Assembly (NCBI GenBank): GCA_002269645.1
Contig: NIVC01000709.1
Location: 186,001 to 250,000 of the forward strand
Length of the DNA stretch: 64,000 nucleotides
Source: Macrostomum lignano
Taxonomy: Eukaryota
Direction: 5' to 3'
How positions within the stretch are numbered: the first letter of the stretch is position 1; every line of letters begins with the position of its first letter. This document shows, one piece after another, positions 13,546 through 25,600 of this stretch. Below the pieces are notes generated by a model. It ran no database searches and was not told the origin of the DNA. It saw only the letters and a program-made list of their open reading frames with translations. A program made the position numbers and the translations under genes.

Positions 13546-14023
13546 CCCTTTTTTGTTACTCTCTGTCCTCCCTCTCTCACATTTTTGTTCCTATTTTTTT
13601 TGTATCCTACTCCTTTTTAATTTCTCTACTAACAAAGCCGCTCATTTTCGGAGAAATTTTATTTTCTCCTGGCGCTTCGTTGGAAGCTTGCGCCGCTCAC
13701 TTCGGGCTTCGCCTCAATGCGGAGCCCTCGCCTTACCTTGCCAAGCCCCCCCCCCCAATTTAATTAATGAGCCGTCGGCAGCGGAAGCAGCGAAAGAAAA
13801 CTTCAAGGGGAAAATGGCGGCAGCTGCTTTTCACAGTTGGGCGGCCGCCCCCTCGGCGACCGACCTGGCTATTTCTCTTCCCCTCTCGGGGCAAGCTGAG
13901 TGTTGAGTTCATTTTTCCTTTGATAAGCCAGAAGCGTACCCGGTCTGGGTTAGAGCACCGCAGGCGCATTTTCGGCTCCCCAATTTTCGCGGCACTAAAG
14001 CTAAAAAATGACGCCTACTACTC

Positions 14024-15003
14024 CAAAAATGGCACTCATGACACCCAAAATGACACCAATGGCACACAAAATGGCACCCAGAACACCCAAAAAATGGCAG
14101 CCATGACACCCAAAATGGCACCCATGACACACAAAATGGCACCCGTGACACACAAAATGGCACCCGTGACACAAAATGGCAGCCATGACACACAAAATGG
14201 CACCCATGACACACAAAATGGCACCCATGACACCCAAATTGCACCCATGACACACAAAATGGCACCAATGGCACACAAAATGGCACCCATGACACCCAAA
14301 AAATGGCAGCCATGACACACAAAATGGCACCCATCACACTCAAAAAATAGCAACCATGACACCCAAAATGGCACCCATGACACAAAATGGCAACCAATCA
14401 CACAAAATGGCACCCATGACACCCAAAATGGCACCCATGACACAAAATGGCAACCAATCACACAAAATGGCACCCATGACACCCAAAATGGCACCCATGA
14501 CACACAAAATGGCACCCACGACACACAAAATGGCAACCAATCACACAAAATGGCACCCATGGCACTCAAAATGGCACCCGTGACACACAAAATGGCACCC
14601 ATGACACACAAAATGGCACCCATGACACAAAATGGCAACCAATAACAGAAAATAGCACCCATGACACCCAAAATGGCACCCATGACACACAAAATGGCAC
14701 CCATGACACAAAATGGCACCCATGACACACAAAATGGCACCCATGACACACAAAATGGCACCCAGCACACCCAAAAAATAGCAGCCATGACAGCCAAAAT
14801 GGCAGCCATGACACACAAAATGGCACCCGTGACACACAAAATAGCAACCATGACACAAAATGGCAACCAATCACACAAAATGGCTGCCATGACACCCAAA
14901 ATGGCACCCATGACACAAAATGGCAACCAATCACACAAAATGGCACCCATGACACACAAAATGGCACCCATGACACACAAAATGGCACCCATAACACAAA
15001 ATG
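14024..15003. repeat. 19-21-bp minisatellite CATGACACACAAAATGGCACC
   Basis: Read directly. Confidence 0.97.
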
Positions 15004-15381
15004 TGTCCACTTGACATCTAAATGGTGGTGCCTGTGACATAAAAGTTGGCGCCATTAACTTAAGTGAATTTACAGCATTCTTACGAGCAAGCCCTCGTAT
15101 GTGAACCCAGCCCTACTCAATTCACGCAGCCCTGAACTCTGAGAAGCCATACTCACTCGATTCACTTGCGTTCGCTCTGCTCGGGAATTCAACCTGGGGT
15201 GGGGGGCCCACGCTGCTCTTAGTCAAATTAATTTGCAGAGCAGTCACGCCCAGCCTTTCTGCCTCATCCCGCCCGGCTGAGGTAGGGTGCCCTTTTACCA
15301 ATTTTATGAGAGATTAAAGCGGTTTTCATTCCGTTCTAACCGTGATTTTTTCTAATAAATCATAATCTCTGGCGCGAGATT

Positions 15382-15612
15382 TACCAGGGTGAGATTCAGT
15401 GATAAAATATTCTCTAGGGTGAGATTCAGTGATAATATATTCTGTAGGGTGAGATTCATTGATGAAATATTCTCCAGGGTGAGATTCAGTGATGAAAGAT
15501 TCTCCAGGGTGAGATTGGTTGATGAGAGATTCTCTAGGGTGAGATTCATTGATGAGAGGTTCTCTAGGGTGAGATTCAGTCATGAGAGATTCTCCAGGGT
15601 GAGATTCAGTGA
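15382..15612. repeat. 30-bp minisatellite (CTCTAGGGTGAGATTCAGTGATGAAAGATT-like), ~8 copies
   Basis: AGGGTGAGATT every 30 bp. Confidence 0.95.
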
Positions 15613-16602
15613 TGATTTATTGGATCTCTAAAGTAATTAATTATCCCTTAGGCATTACCTTTTTATGTTTATCATGAGTAAGAACCAAACTGTAGATAAT
15701 AATTTGAGGCTCTTGGAATATCGACTTTGGCGCTGCTCGTGTAATTAACGCCATTGAGGGCCAATCCCCAAAGCACAGTGGTGTGTACGAGTTAGGGCCG
15801 CTGTATGTCTGCTCAGGGTATGTTGGCAGAATGGGCAGTAATGCCTCTCGCCGGTTGGGTGACAATTTGTCGCTTAAAGTGCACCAGGTGCACACAGCTC
15901 CCTGCCTCTAATAAGAAATCACTAGTAAGTCGCTTAGGTGAGAAAATGCTCGAACAGTGCATCGGTATTGCTTCAATTTCTGGCCGCCAGGTGGCAGCAG
16001 CAGCGGGCTTGACCTGTCAGTTCCTGAGGTCAACCGCAGCCTTCATGCTAGTCAATTCTTAAACTGCTCGGTCAGTCAGTCAGTCAGTGCGAGCGCCATT
16101 ATTCATCTCATCCTCTTTACCTCGGGCTAACTTTTAGTCATTCATCTCCTGCCCTGGCGTCTTCCGGCATCTCGGGTGTTGGGGGCGGCAGGGGGGTTGA
16201 GGAGGCCGCAGCTCGATTCTGCGAGTTTCTGCTCGCCACACAGCGATAAGACACCCCTGCTGAAGACTCCAGGTCCCAGATGGAGCCAATATTTGCCCCC
16301 CTTTCTACCCCCCCCCTGCTGGCCGAGTCCCCGACCAAGTAGACAGGCTCGGACAAGGAGTTCTGGACGCAGCGTCTGGAAGGCGGACCTGACCGCGGCC
16401 CTTGTGGCAGGTTTCATTAATCACGCAAGCTATCATCTCAATGGGCTCTTTCCTACTGAAGTAATATTGTTGTCAAAAAAAGAGACAGTTTTAATGCAGC
16501 ACACATTGTCTTTCCCTCATGGTGAAGACACCCTACTAAGATAGCATTGCAGATTTGTAGTTCCTGAACTGTACAGCTCGAAAATAGCCAATTAGACTTC
16601 AA

Positions 16603-16669
16603 CCCTAGCCCTAGCCAGTCCTATCCCTAACCCTAACCCTAGCTAGCCCTAGCACTAGTCTTAACCCTA
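16603..16669. repeat. Degenerate telomere-type repeat (CCCTAA/CCCTAG)
   Basis: Read directly; lies 3' of the LINE fragment on its sense strand. Confidence 0.8.
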
Positions 16670-16759
16670 CTTGACTTATCCTCAGCAACAGCCAAAAGTT
16701 CCACCTGTATAAATCAAAACTTCTTATTTGAAATTCACAGTAAGAAGTGAAGAAATATC

Positions 16760-17303
16760 TTTGATTGGTGGGTGGAGCTTTTGACTATTGTTGGGTAAGA
16801 GCTGCAGGGGGCTCCGTGCATCCGGATGCAGCGAGGAGGCGTTTCCGCCCATTTCGCTAACCCCTGGCGACCACGCGCAGCTGGTGCTGCGGTGTCGCGC
16901 AGGGAGATCCGGTGGTGCCGGTGTCCGAGAGTCCAGGAGGTGGATTGTCGCTCGCCCGGTAGCCCTTAGGTAGCGGACGAGCTGGCAGAGATTCTCGGGC
17001 CTAAAAACGTCGGAGAGGTCCGGGTTCTGTCCTGAGCCGGTCCTGAGTAAAGGCGGGGAGTTCACAGATGAGGTGCTCCGCATTCTCGACACCGGAGAGG
17101 CAGAAGGGGCATTCCTCACTGCGGATTTTCCCTGGAGCTGACGATACCTGGCAAAGCAGTCATGACCCGAGAAGGCCATGGTCGACGCCCTGATGTCCTT
17201 GCGGTTGAGTCCAAGCAGGGCCCTGCGCAGGGCGGGTAAAGGACAGGGACAGCCTCGCGGCATTGCCGGCAGTCCAGGGGCGTTGGTGCACCTCTTTCTG
17301 TAG
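16760..17303 (-). mobile_element. 5'-truncated, frameshifted non-LTR retrotransposon ORF2 C-terminus (LOA/I/R1-like) with probable 3' UTR
   Basis: Minus strand across frameshifts: DCRQCRE / [27 protein letters not shown] / [19 protein letters not shown](L)PAF (CPFC 17100-17111, HLIC 17064-17075) / [23 protein letters not shown]. This matches the GH..CxxC..H..C zinc-knuckle tail of LINE ORF2. Clade is tentative. Confidence 0.78.
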
Positions 17304-17399
17304 CCCTAACCCTAACCCTAACCCTAACCCTAATCCTAATCCTAACCCTAATCCTAACCCTAATCCTAACCCTAATCCTAGCCCTAGCCCTAGCCCTAG
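17304..17399. repeat. Interstitial telomere-type repeat, 16 hexamers (5 perfect CCCTAA, then TCCTAA/CCCTAG variants)
   Basis: Read directly; abuts the truncated 5' end of the LINE fragment. Confidence 0.95.
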
Positions 17400-18267
17400 T
17401 GAAGTTGCCGATTTGTGAAGGTGTCCTCTGAATAAGCCATTAAATTTATAACAAATTTTGTAAGTCTACTCAGTGCAGTTTAATCAAGGAGTAGAAATTT
17501 CAGCTTCGGCTTGTGCTTAGCCCAGTCTGCTGTTTCCAATCCAGACAGCATGGTTCCAGAGCTCCACGGCTCGCCTCCGGCAGCCCGCATGAGAAGGATG
17601 CAGATCCTCTAGCAGGAATCTGCCAGCTCGGCTCCGCCCTCAGCCTGTCGCCAATTCCCCCCCCCCCAAAAAAAATCCCGACTCTGCTCCGTGAGGAAGA
17701 GGATTCTTATTATCTCTATTGAAAAGGGGGGAGGGAAATTTCGTTAAGCTGCTCTGCTTTTTGTTTTAAATGTTTTTCCTCCCGGGACCGCTGAAGCGGC
17801 AAGGCCGCCGATGTAGATTCCCAGAATTCAATGCCCTGCTGGATTCCGTAAACAGACTACCGCGTGCCTCGTGTGCCTGCCATTGTTTCGGCTCTCTGAG
17901 TAGGGGGGGGGGTAATCTGGAGTGGCTTATTCAAAAATTGTCAATGATAATGGATGCGCTAGCAGTTTTTATGAATTCAGCAGCTTTCCTGCCTTTTCTA
18001 TTGAGAATTATCCTGCAGATGTTTTTCTAATACAGAAAATGAGATTGGAATGAGTTCCATCAGAGTTCGAAGTCAAATTTGAACATGCTGGATAAGAAAA
18101 GGAATAAAATATTCTTCTTCTGCTATTATAAGTAGACAAACCATGCCATAGACCGAAACTTCAATAATTGGAAGTAATTAACTTTGCTTCCACAGTATTT
18201 TTTCCTAATCATGCCAGTTTGAATTGGCTGCTTTGCTGCGTTCATTGCGTTCTAAATCTGAGGTGGC

Positions 18268-19640
18268 TTGCTAATCTATGGCTACCCCCGTTGCTAATCT
18301 ATGGCTCCCCGTTGCTAATCTATGGCTCCTGTTGCTAATCTATGGCTCCTGTTGCTAATCTATGGCTCTCCTCATTGCTAATCTATGGCTCCTGTTACTA
18401 ATCTATGGCTCCCCGGTTGCTAATCTATGGCTTCCCCGTTGCTAATCTATGGCTCCTGTTGCTAATCTATGGCTCCTGTTGCTAATCTATGGCTCTCCTC
18501 ATTGCTAATCTATGGCTCTCCTCATTGCTAATCTATGGCTCCTGTTACTAATCTATGGCTCCCCGGTTGCTAATCTATGGCTCCCCGGTTGCTAATCTAT
18601 GGCTTCCCCGTTGCTAATCTATGGCTCCTGTTGCTAATCTATGGCTCTCCTCATTGATAATCTATGGCTCCCGTTGCTAATCTATGGCTCCCGTTACTAA
18701 TCTATGGCTCCCCCGTTGCTAATCTATGGCTCCTGTTGCTAATCTATGGCTACCCCGTTGCTAATCTATGGCTCCTGTTGCTAATCTATGGCTCTCCTCA
18801 TTGCTAATCTATGGCTCTACAGCCATGCTAATCTATGGCTCTCCTCATTGCTAATCTATGGCTCTACAGCCATGCTAATCTATGGCTCTCCTCATTGCTA
18901 ATCTATGGCTCCCTGTTGCTAATCTATGGCTCCCTGTTGCTAATCTATGGCTCCCTGTTGCTAATCTATGGCTCCCCATTGCTAATCTATGGCTCCTGTT
19001 GCTAATCTATGGCTCCCCCGTTACTAATCTATGGCTCCTGTTGCTAATCTATGGCTCCTGTTGCTAATCTATGGCTCTCCTCATTGCTAATCTATGGCTC
19101 TACAGCCATGCTAATCTATGGCTCTCCTCATTGCTAATCTATGGCTCTACATCCATGCTAATCTATGGCTCTCCTCATTGCTAATCTATGGCTCCCTGTT
19201 GCTAATCTATGGCTCCCCATTGCTAATCTATGGCTCCCCATTGCTAATCTATGGCTCCCCGTTGCTAATCTATGGCTCCCCCGTTGCTAATCTATGGCTC
19301 CCCGTTGCTAATCTATGGCTCCCCGTTGCTAATCTATGGCTCCCCGTTGCTAATCTATGGCTCCCCGTTGCTAATCTATGGCTCCCCGTTGCTAATCTAT
19401 GGCTACCCCGTTGCTAATCTATGGCTCCCCGTTGCTAATCTATGGCTACCCCCGTTGCTAATCTATGGCTCTCCTCATTGCTAATCTATGGCTCCCCGTT
19501 GCTAATCTATGGCTCCCCGTTGCTAATCTATGGCTCTCCTCATTGCTAATCTATGGCTCCCTGTTGCTAATCTTTGGCTCCCTGTTGCTAATCTATGGCT
19601 CCCCATTGCTAATCGATGGCTCCCCGTTGCTACTCTTAGC
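18268..19640. repeat. ~21-bp minisatellite GTTGCTAATCTATGGCTCCCC
   Basis: Read directly; ends ~50 bp before the acceptor at 19691. Confidence 0.97.
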
Positions 19641-19691
19641 TAATTTGCTACTCCAAGCATAACCCATGACCCAACCTCAACCACACTGCAG

Positions 19692-22600
19692 CAGCGGCAG
19701 GCCAGAGCTCCCAGCATCCGGCTGCCGCAGCCAACCCGCTACCGCTGTCGCCGCAGACCCCTCAAACAGACAGGGACGGAGACAGTCCGATCGGGCCGCC
19801 AGTTGCCAGGCAAAGAGCCATGAGCCTGGCAGCGTCCGCCTTGTCCGGTATGGAGCTCACAGGTGAGTTTGACTTCCCACGGTGTCATTGTCCGGCAAAG
19901 AGGTGGAATTGAATGCACTGCGAAATGTCACAGCATCGTCAGCTCTTGGCTAACGAAAGTGAAGTCAAACCCAGCTGCTACGGCCAGGAGCGGTTTCTTG
20001 ATTGATTAATCCTGCCCCGTTTGGGCCAGATGTGCAACCGGGTCGCCCACACACACCCTCAATTACTCCAGCTAATTCTGGCATCCATTTTACAGCTGGG
20101 AGAACTGAAGCAATGCAGAGTTAAGCGTCTCGGTCAAGGACACAAATTGTTCCGAGTGGGATCGGGAATCGAACCCCCGATTTTCAAGTCGTAAGTCCGA
20201 TGCTTTAACCACTGGTCTACAATCCCCTTCCACTGGCTACAACCCCCTCCACTGAGCTACAACCCCCTCCACTGGGCTACAACCCCCTCCACTGGGCTAC
20301 AACCCCCCTCCACTGAGCTACAACCCCCTCCACTGGGCTACAACCCTCCACTGAGGTACAACCCCCTCCACTGGGCTACAACCCCCTCCACTGGCTACAA
20401 CCCCCTCCACTGGGCTACAACCCCCACTGAGGTACAACCCCCTCCACTGGGCTACAACCCCCCTCCACTGAGCTACAACCCCCTCCACTGGGCTACAACC
20501 CTCCAACTCCACTGAGGTACAACCCCCTCCACTGGGCTACAACCCCCCTCCACTGGGCTACAACCCCCTCCACTGGGCTACAACCCCCTCCACTGGGCTA
20601 CAACCCCCTCCACTGGGCTACAACCCCCTCCACTTGGGCTACAACCCCCTCCACTTGGGCTACAACCCCCTCCATTGGGCTACAACTCCATTGGGCTGCT
20701 CACAAACACGGCGATATTTCTTTGCCCGTCGTGCAAGCTTTTAGCGCTACACTCTATACTTTCTACTAATTAGTAGACAAACTCTGACAAACATCAAATC
20801 GCAGTTAGGAGATAAGAGACCCGAAGTGTTACTCGGGTTGGCGAGGGAGAGTGTCTTTTATCGACGTTTGCAAATTCTTCGACATTTTCCAACATCATCC
20901 AAGGAAAATAACGCTCAGCTAAAAATTCTGGCAATCCCTCTGCGTTCGCTCTGAGAAATAAAAGCAGCAGCTGGGGGAGAAATCGCCTCGTACGAGCGTA
21001 GAGAACGCCGGGATTTCGGCCAGGAAATGATAGAAAAAAGGAATTAAATTAAGCAAGAGCAGAAGACCCGAATTCACAACGAGAAGGGAGTCATAAATTC
21101 CAAAACAGCTTTAGTCTGTTGCATTTTCCCTCTGCACTGCCTGTCCCGCATAGCACAGATGCTTTTTGAGCAGCAAATCTCCGTTTCCTTTGCCGGCCTT
21201 CGGACTCACACAAGCAGGCGGTGCGGTCCCATTGGCTGTTTGCAAGGACAGCTGTGCTCTGATCTGACATGCCTGTCCCTCCCCGACCCGCCAGGCCACC
21301 GCTCACTGTCCTCTCTGGTTGGTCGCGGGGGCGAGGCGATTGCTCCCGTTTCCATGGCAACCAACGAGGAAGCGGCCTCCTCTTCGGCATCAAAACTGGC
21401 GATCGGAGGATGCGCCGGAGGAGGCTGCATTGCGGTGAGCGGCAGTTGCGACTATCGGAGGGAGCGACGCAGAGCCAGCATGCAGGACGCCATCGACGCT
21501 TCGAAGATCAATGCGGATCTGTACAGCAAGGTGGTGAGTTTGGCTTTGATGCCGGGCTCATGATGATGCTCACAGGGCAGTGCTCATAGTGATCACGGGG
21601 CAGTGCTCATTGTACTCACAGACTGTGCTCATAGTGCTCACCGGCAGTGCTCATTGTACTCACAGACTGTGCTCATAGTGCTCACCGGCAGTTCTCATAG
21701 CAATGCATAGGATGAACAGATATCAGTGCTCACAATCCAGTCCGCAATCAATACTCAGAACACTGCTCATAAAATTGCTCAAAGCGGCATTCATTTACTT
21801 TGAGCATCTCCAAAGCATCTGTCTTAGCGAAGACAGCATTGCAGTTTTTCATCCCTCATTCGTTAACGGCTGCCCCTTATCAGATTGAAGCAAAGAGTCC
21901 GTCAGAGCTGGAGATAGAATTTCAGAGAGCGCCTTTGCTTTCAACTGCATGATCCTCGAAAGAAAGTTTTCTTTGCAGCAAAAGCAAACATGAGCCGGGA
22001 GGAAACGAAAGGGAGAAAAGGTGGGCCGGTGCGCCACACTGAGCTGCAGGTCTCGAGCACAGGAGAAGCTAAGAAGAGAAAAAGGAGGCGCACGGCTCAG
22101 GTGGGGGAGGCTGGAAAAAGCACCCTTTTTGGAAGACTTTTTGCGCCCTTTAGCCTTAAAGTGAGCCTGAGTGAGCAGTACCAGCTTAGAATTTGTTCGG
22201 GAATTATATCATAATTATTTCGAAGCACGATTTACCTGAAAAGTCATGAGATGAAGTACCGTGTGGTGCATTAAAAGCTGCTGGGAAAAGAATGATTGTG
22301 TCAGAAGTTCCGGAAGAGTTGTTTGCGAGGGCTGAAAATCATGGGCTTCATTTTAGTCTTGCGCCATGGGGCTGCATTCCCTTGCCAGAAACCTTTGACA
22401 CAACCCTCGTATTCACAGGGAAAATCCGTAAACAGAATATCTAAACCGCATGCCATTCAGGAAGAACAAAGGTTGCATTGACTTCAGAAAGAATCAAACA
22501 CAGTTCAATGTTGAATGGCTGCAGTAGAGCCAGGGCATGGTGGCGCACACAATAAAACTGAGGGAGACAAATCGGCACCCGGATGTTGAGCAGAAGTACC

Positions 22601-25600
22601 TTTCAGTCATCAGCCATTTCCGGAGAATCGCCCTCCAAATTGCAGTACAATCAGACCAGCGCCATCCAGAGCATCCAGGAGGAGAACCTCGGCCAGCTGA
22701 ATTTCTCTCTCAGCTACCGGGAGGACACCGGCATCCTGACTGTGCGCATCATTCAGGCCATCGACCTGCAGCCAAAGGACAGCTCCACCGGATCGGTCAA
22801 CCCCTACTGCCGCGTGGCCCTTCTGCCCAACCGCAAGACTCAGAGCACTACAAAGGTAAGGGGGGGATAATTCATTTGGCTAACGGGATGTATCTGGTGG
22901 GCAGCGGTGGGATGAATGAAAGAGCTCTGCAGACGAAGTGGCTATGGATATTTTTATCTAATATACGACTGCGTTAACGAGTTTAGCGATATTGAAGCAA
23001 ATAGCTCACGTGTATCCTGCACAAGGTACTAATCAAAATTGGGATGATGCATGCAGACTTAACTCTATTACTTGTGCGCTAGGCATGAGTGATCAACTTT
23101 GCCTATAAACCCTGTAATTTAACAGTTTTACAATAAATAGCTCGTACAGTATATGCAACTTTTTTCTCCTAAAGTTCGGTCAAGAAATTAAAGTTCGGGA
23201 GGCAGGCTATTAGACTTGAAAATATTCTATCTTGCTTTTTTTCAAAGAGCAGGAGGCTTTTGACTCCAGATTCAGGCTTAGAGTGTAGGATCAAGCATTT
23301 TTCTACAGCAGAGTTCCAACGGCTGCGGCCTATGGCAGAGATTGTCTATGGCTGCTGTCTATGGCAGAGATTGTCTATGGCTGCTGTCTATGGCAGAGAT
23401 TGTCTATGGCTGCTGTCTATGGCAGAGATTGTCTATGGCTGCTGTCTATGGCAGAGATTTCTATGGCTGCTGTCTATGGCAGAGATTGTCTATGGCTGCT
23501 GTCTATGGCAGAGATTGTCTATGGCTGCTGTCTATGGCAGAGATTGTCTATGGCTGCTGTCTATGGCAGAGATTGTCTATGGCTGCTGTCTATGGCAGAG
23601 ATTGTCTATGGCTGCTGTCTATGGCAGAGATTGTCTATGGCTGCTGTCTATGGCAGAGATTGTCTATGGCTGTTGTCTATGGCTGCTGTCTATGGCAGAG
23701 ATTGTCTATGGCTGTTGTCTATGGCTGCTGTCTATGGCAGAGATTGTCTATGGCTGCTGTCTATGGCAGAGATTGTCTATGGCTGCGGCCTATGGCAGAG
23801 ATTGTCTATGGCTGCTGTCTATGGCAGAGATTGTCTATGGCTGCGGCCTATGGCAGAGATTGTCTATGGCTGCTGTCTATGGCAGAGATTGTCTATGGCT
23901 GCTGTCTATGGCAGAGATTATCTATGGCTGTTGTCTATGGCAGAGATTGTCTATGGCTGCTGTCTATGGCAGAGATTATCTATGGCTGCTGTCTATGGCA
24001 GAGATTGTCTATGGCTGTTGTCTATGGCTGCTGTCTATGGCAGAGATTATCTATGGCTGTTGTCTATGGCAGAGATTATCTATGGCTGCTATCTATGGCA
24101 GAGATTGTCTATGGCTGCTGTCTATGGCTGCTGTCTATGGCTGCTGTCTATGGCTGCTGTCTATGGTTGCTGTATATGGCTGTTGTCTATGACTGTTGTC
24201 TATGGCTGCTGTCTATGGCTGCTGTCTATGGCAGAGATTATCTATGGCTGCTGTCTATGGCAGAGATTGTCTATGGCTGCTGTCTATGGCTGCTGTCTAT
24301 GACTGCTGTCTATGGCTGCTGTCTATGGTTGCTGTATATGGCTGTTGTCTATGACTGTTGTCTATGGCTGCTGTATATGGCTGCTGTCTATGGCAGAGAT
24401 TGTCTATGGCTGCTGTCTATGGCTACTGTCTATGGCTGCTGTCTATGGCTGCTGTCTATGGTTGCTGTATATGGCTGCTGTCTATGGCAGAGATTATCTA
24501 TGGCTGTTGTCTATGGCAGAGATTATCTATGGCTGCTGTCTATGGCAGAGATTGTCTATGGCTGCTGTCTATGGCTGCTGTCTATGGCTGCTGTCTATGG
24601 CTGCTGTCTATGGTTGCTGTATATGGCTGTTGTCTATGACTGTTGTCTATGGCTGCTGTCTATGGCTGCTGTCTATGGCAGAGATTATCTATGGCTGCTG
24701 TCTATGGCAGAGATTGTCTATGGCTGCTGTCTATGGCTGCTGTCTATGGCGGCTGTCTATGGCTGCTGTCTATGGCTGCTGTCTATGGTTGCTGTATATG
24801 GCTGTTGTCTATGACTGCTGTATATGGCTGCTGTCTATGACTGCTGTCTATGGCTGCTGTCTATGGTTGCTGTCTATGGCAGAAATTGCCTTTGGCTGCT
24901 CGGAGAGCTCGGAAATCCACCCATTTCTATGGAAGGAGCTTAGTGAGTTATTTCAATAGAATTTAGCGTCGACGTTTTCCCTTTGTAGCTCGTATAGAAT
25001 TCTCCACCAGTGCGACCAAGAGGATTAATTTTTCTTCAGGAATTTTCTTTTCTCCTCCCCAAGGCAACCTCTTTGAAGCTGGCAAGACGCCAGCACCCAA
25101 TGCGCTCAATCAGCTTGCCTGGCCTAATGGGCTGTTGGTCAAAGGCAACAAGGCAGACTATTTTTTCGGAATAAAAAACTGCCAGAGAGATGTGAGCCGA
25201 AAAGCTGGAATTTGTCGATGAAGTGCTGGTAGCTAAGGAAAGAGGCGTCGCAGAAAGCAATGCCAAAATAATTTTCCTCTCCGAACCGGCTTGAGATCTA
25301 ACAGAAAAGCGACAGCGGGACAGAAGCCAAAGAATCGAGCAAGGCAGCAAAAGGGCCTGCAATTTCAAGGGCATGGGATTATTGCAAAGACGGAGGGTGA
25401 AGATCCACAGGCCCCCTCTCTGCCCGCTAATTTGAAGGGCAATGGGGGAGACGAGAAGCGCAAACATCTGTCGGCCCGTTTATTAAATTATCGTGCTTCA
25501 GAGATGCAAAGCAATGAGGCTAGATCGCCTGCTCAAGAAGCCAGGCTCTCAGATGGCAGCAGCTCGCGTTTGATAATTACTGTCCCAGTTTCTGAACAAG

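Noticed and set aside
17304-17399. True chromosome end
   Set aside because: Short, degenerate and internal to a probable intron, with genes on both sides.
20160-20227. Functional tRNA gene
   Set aside because: A and B boxes run into a CORE domain, and no 3' acceptor stem pairs with the 5' end; it is a SINE head.
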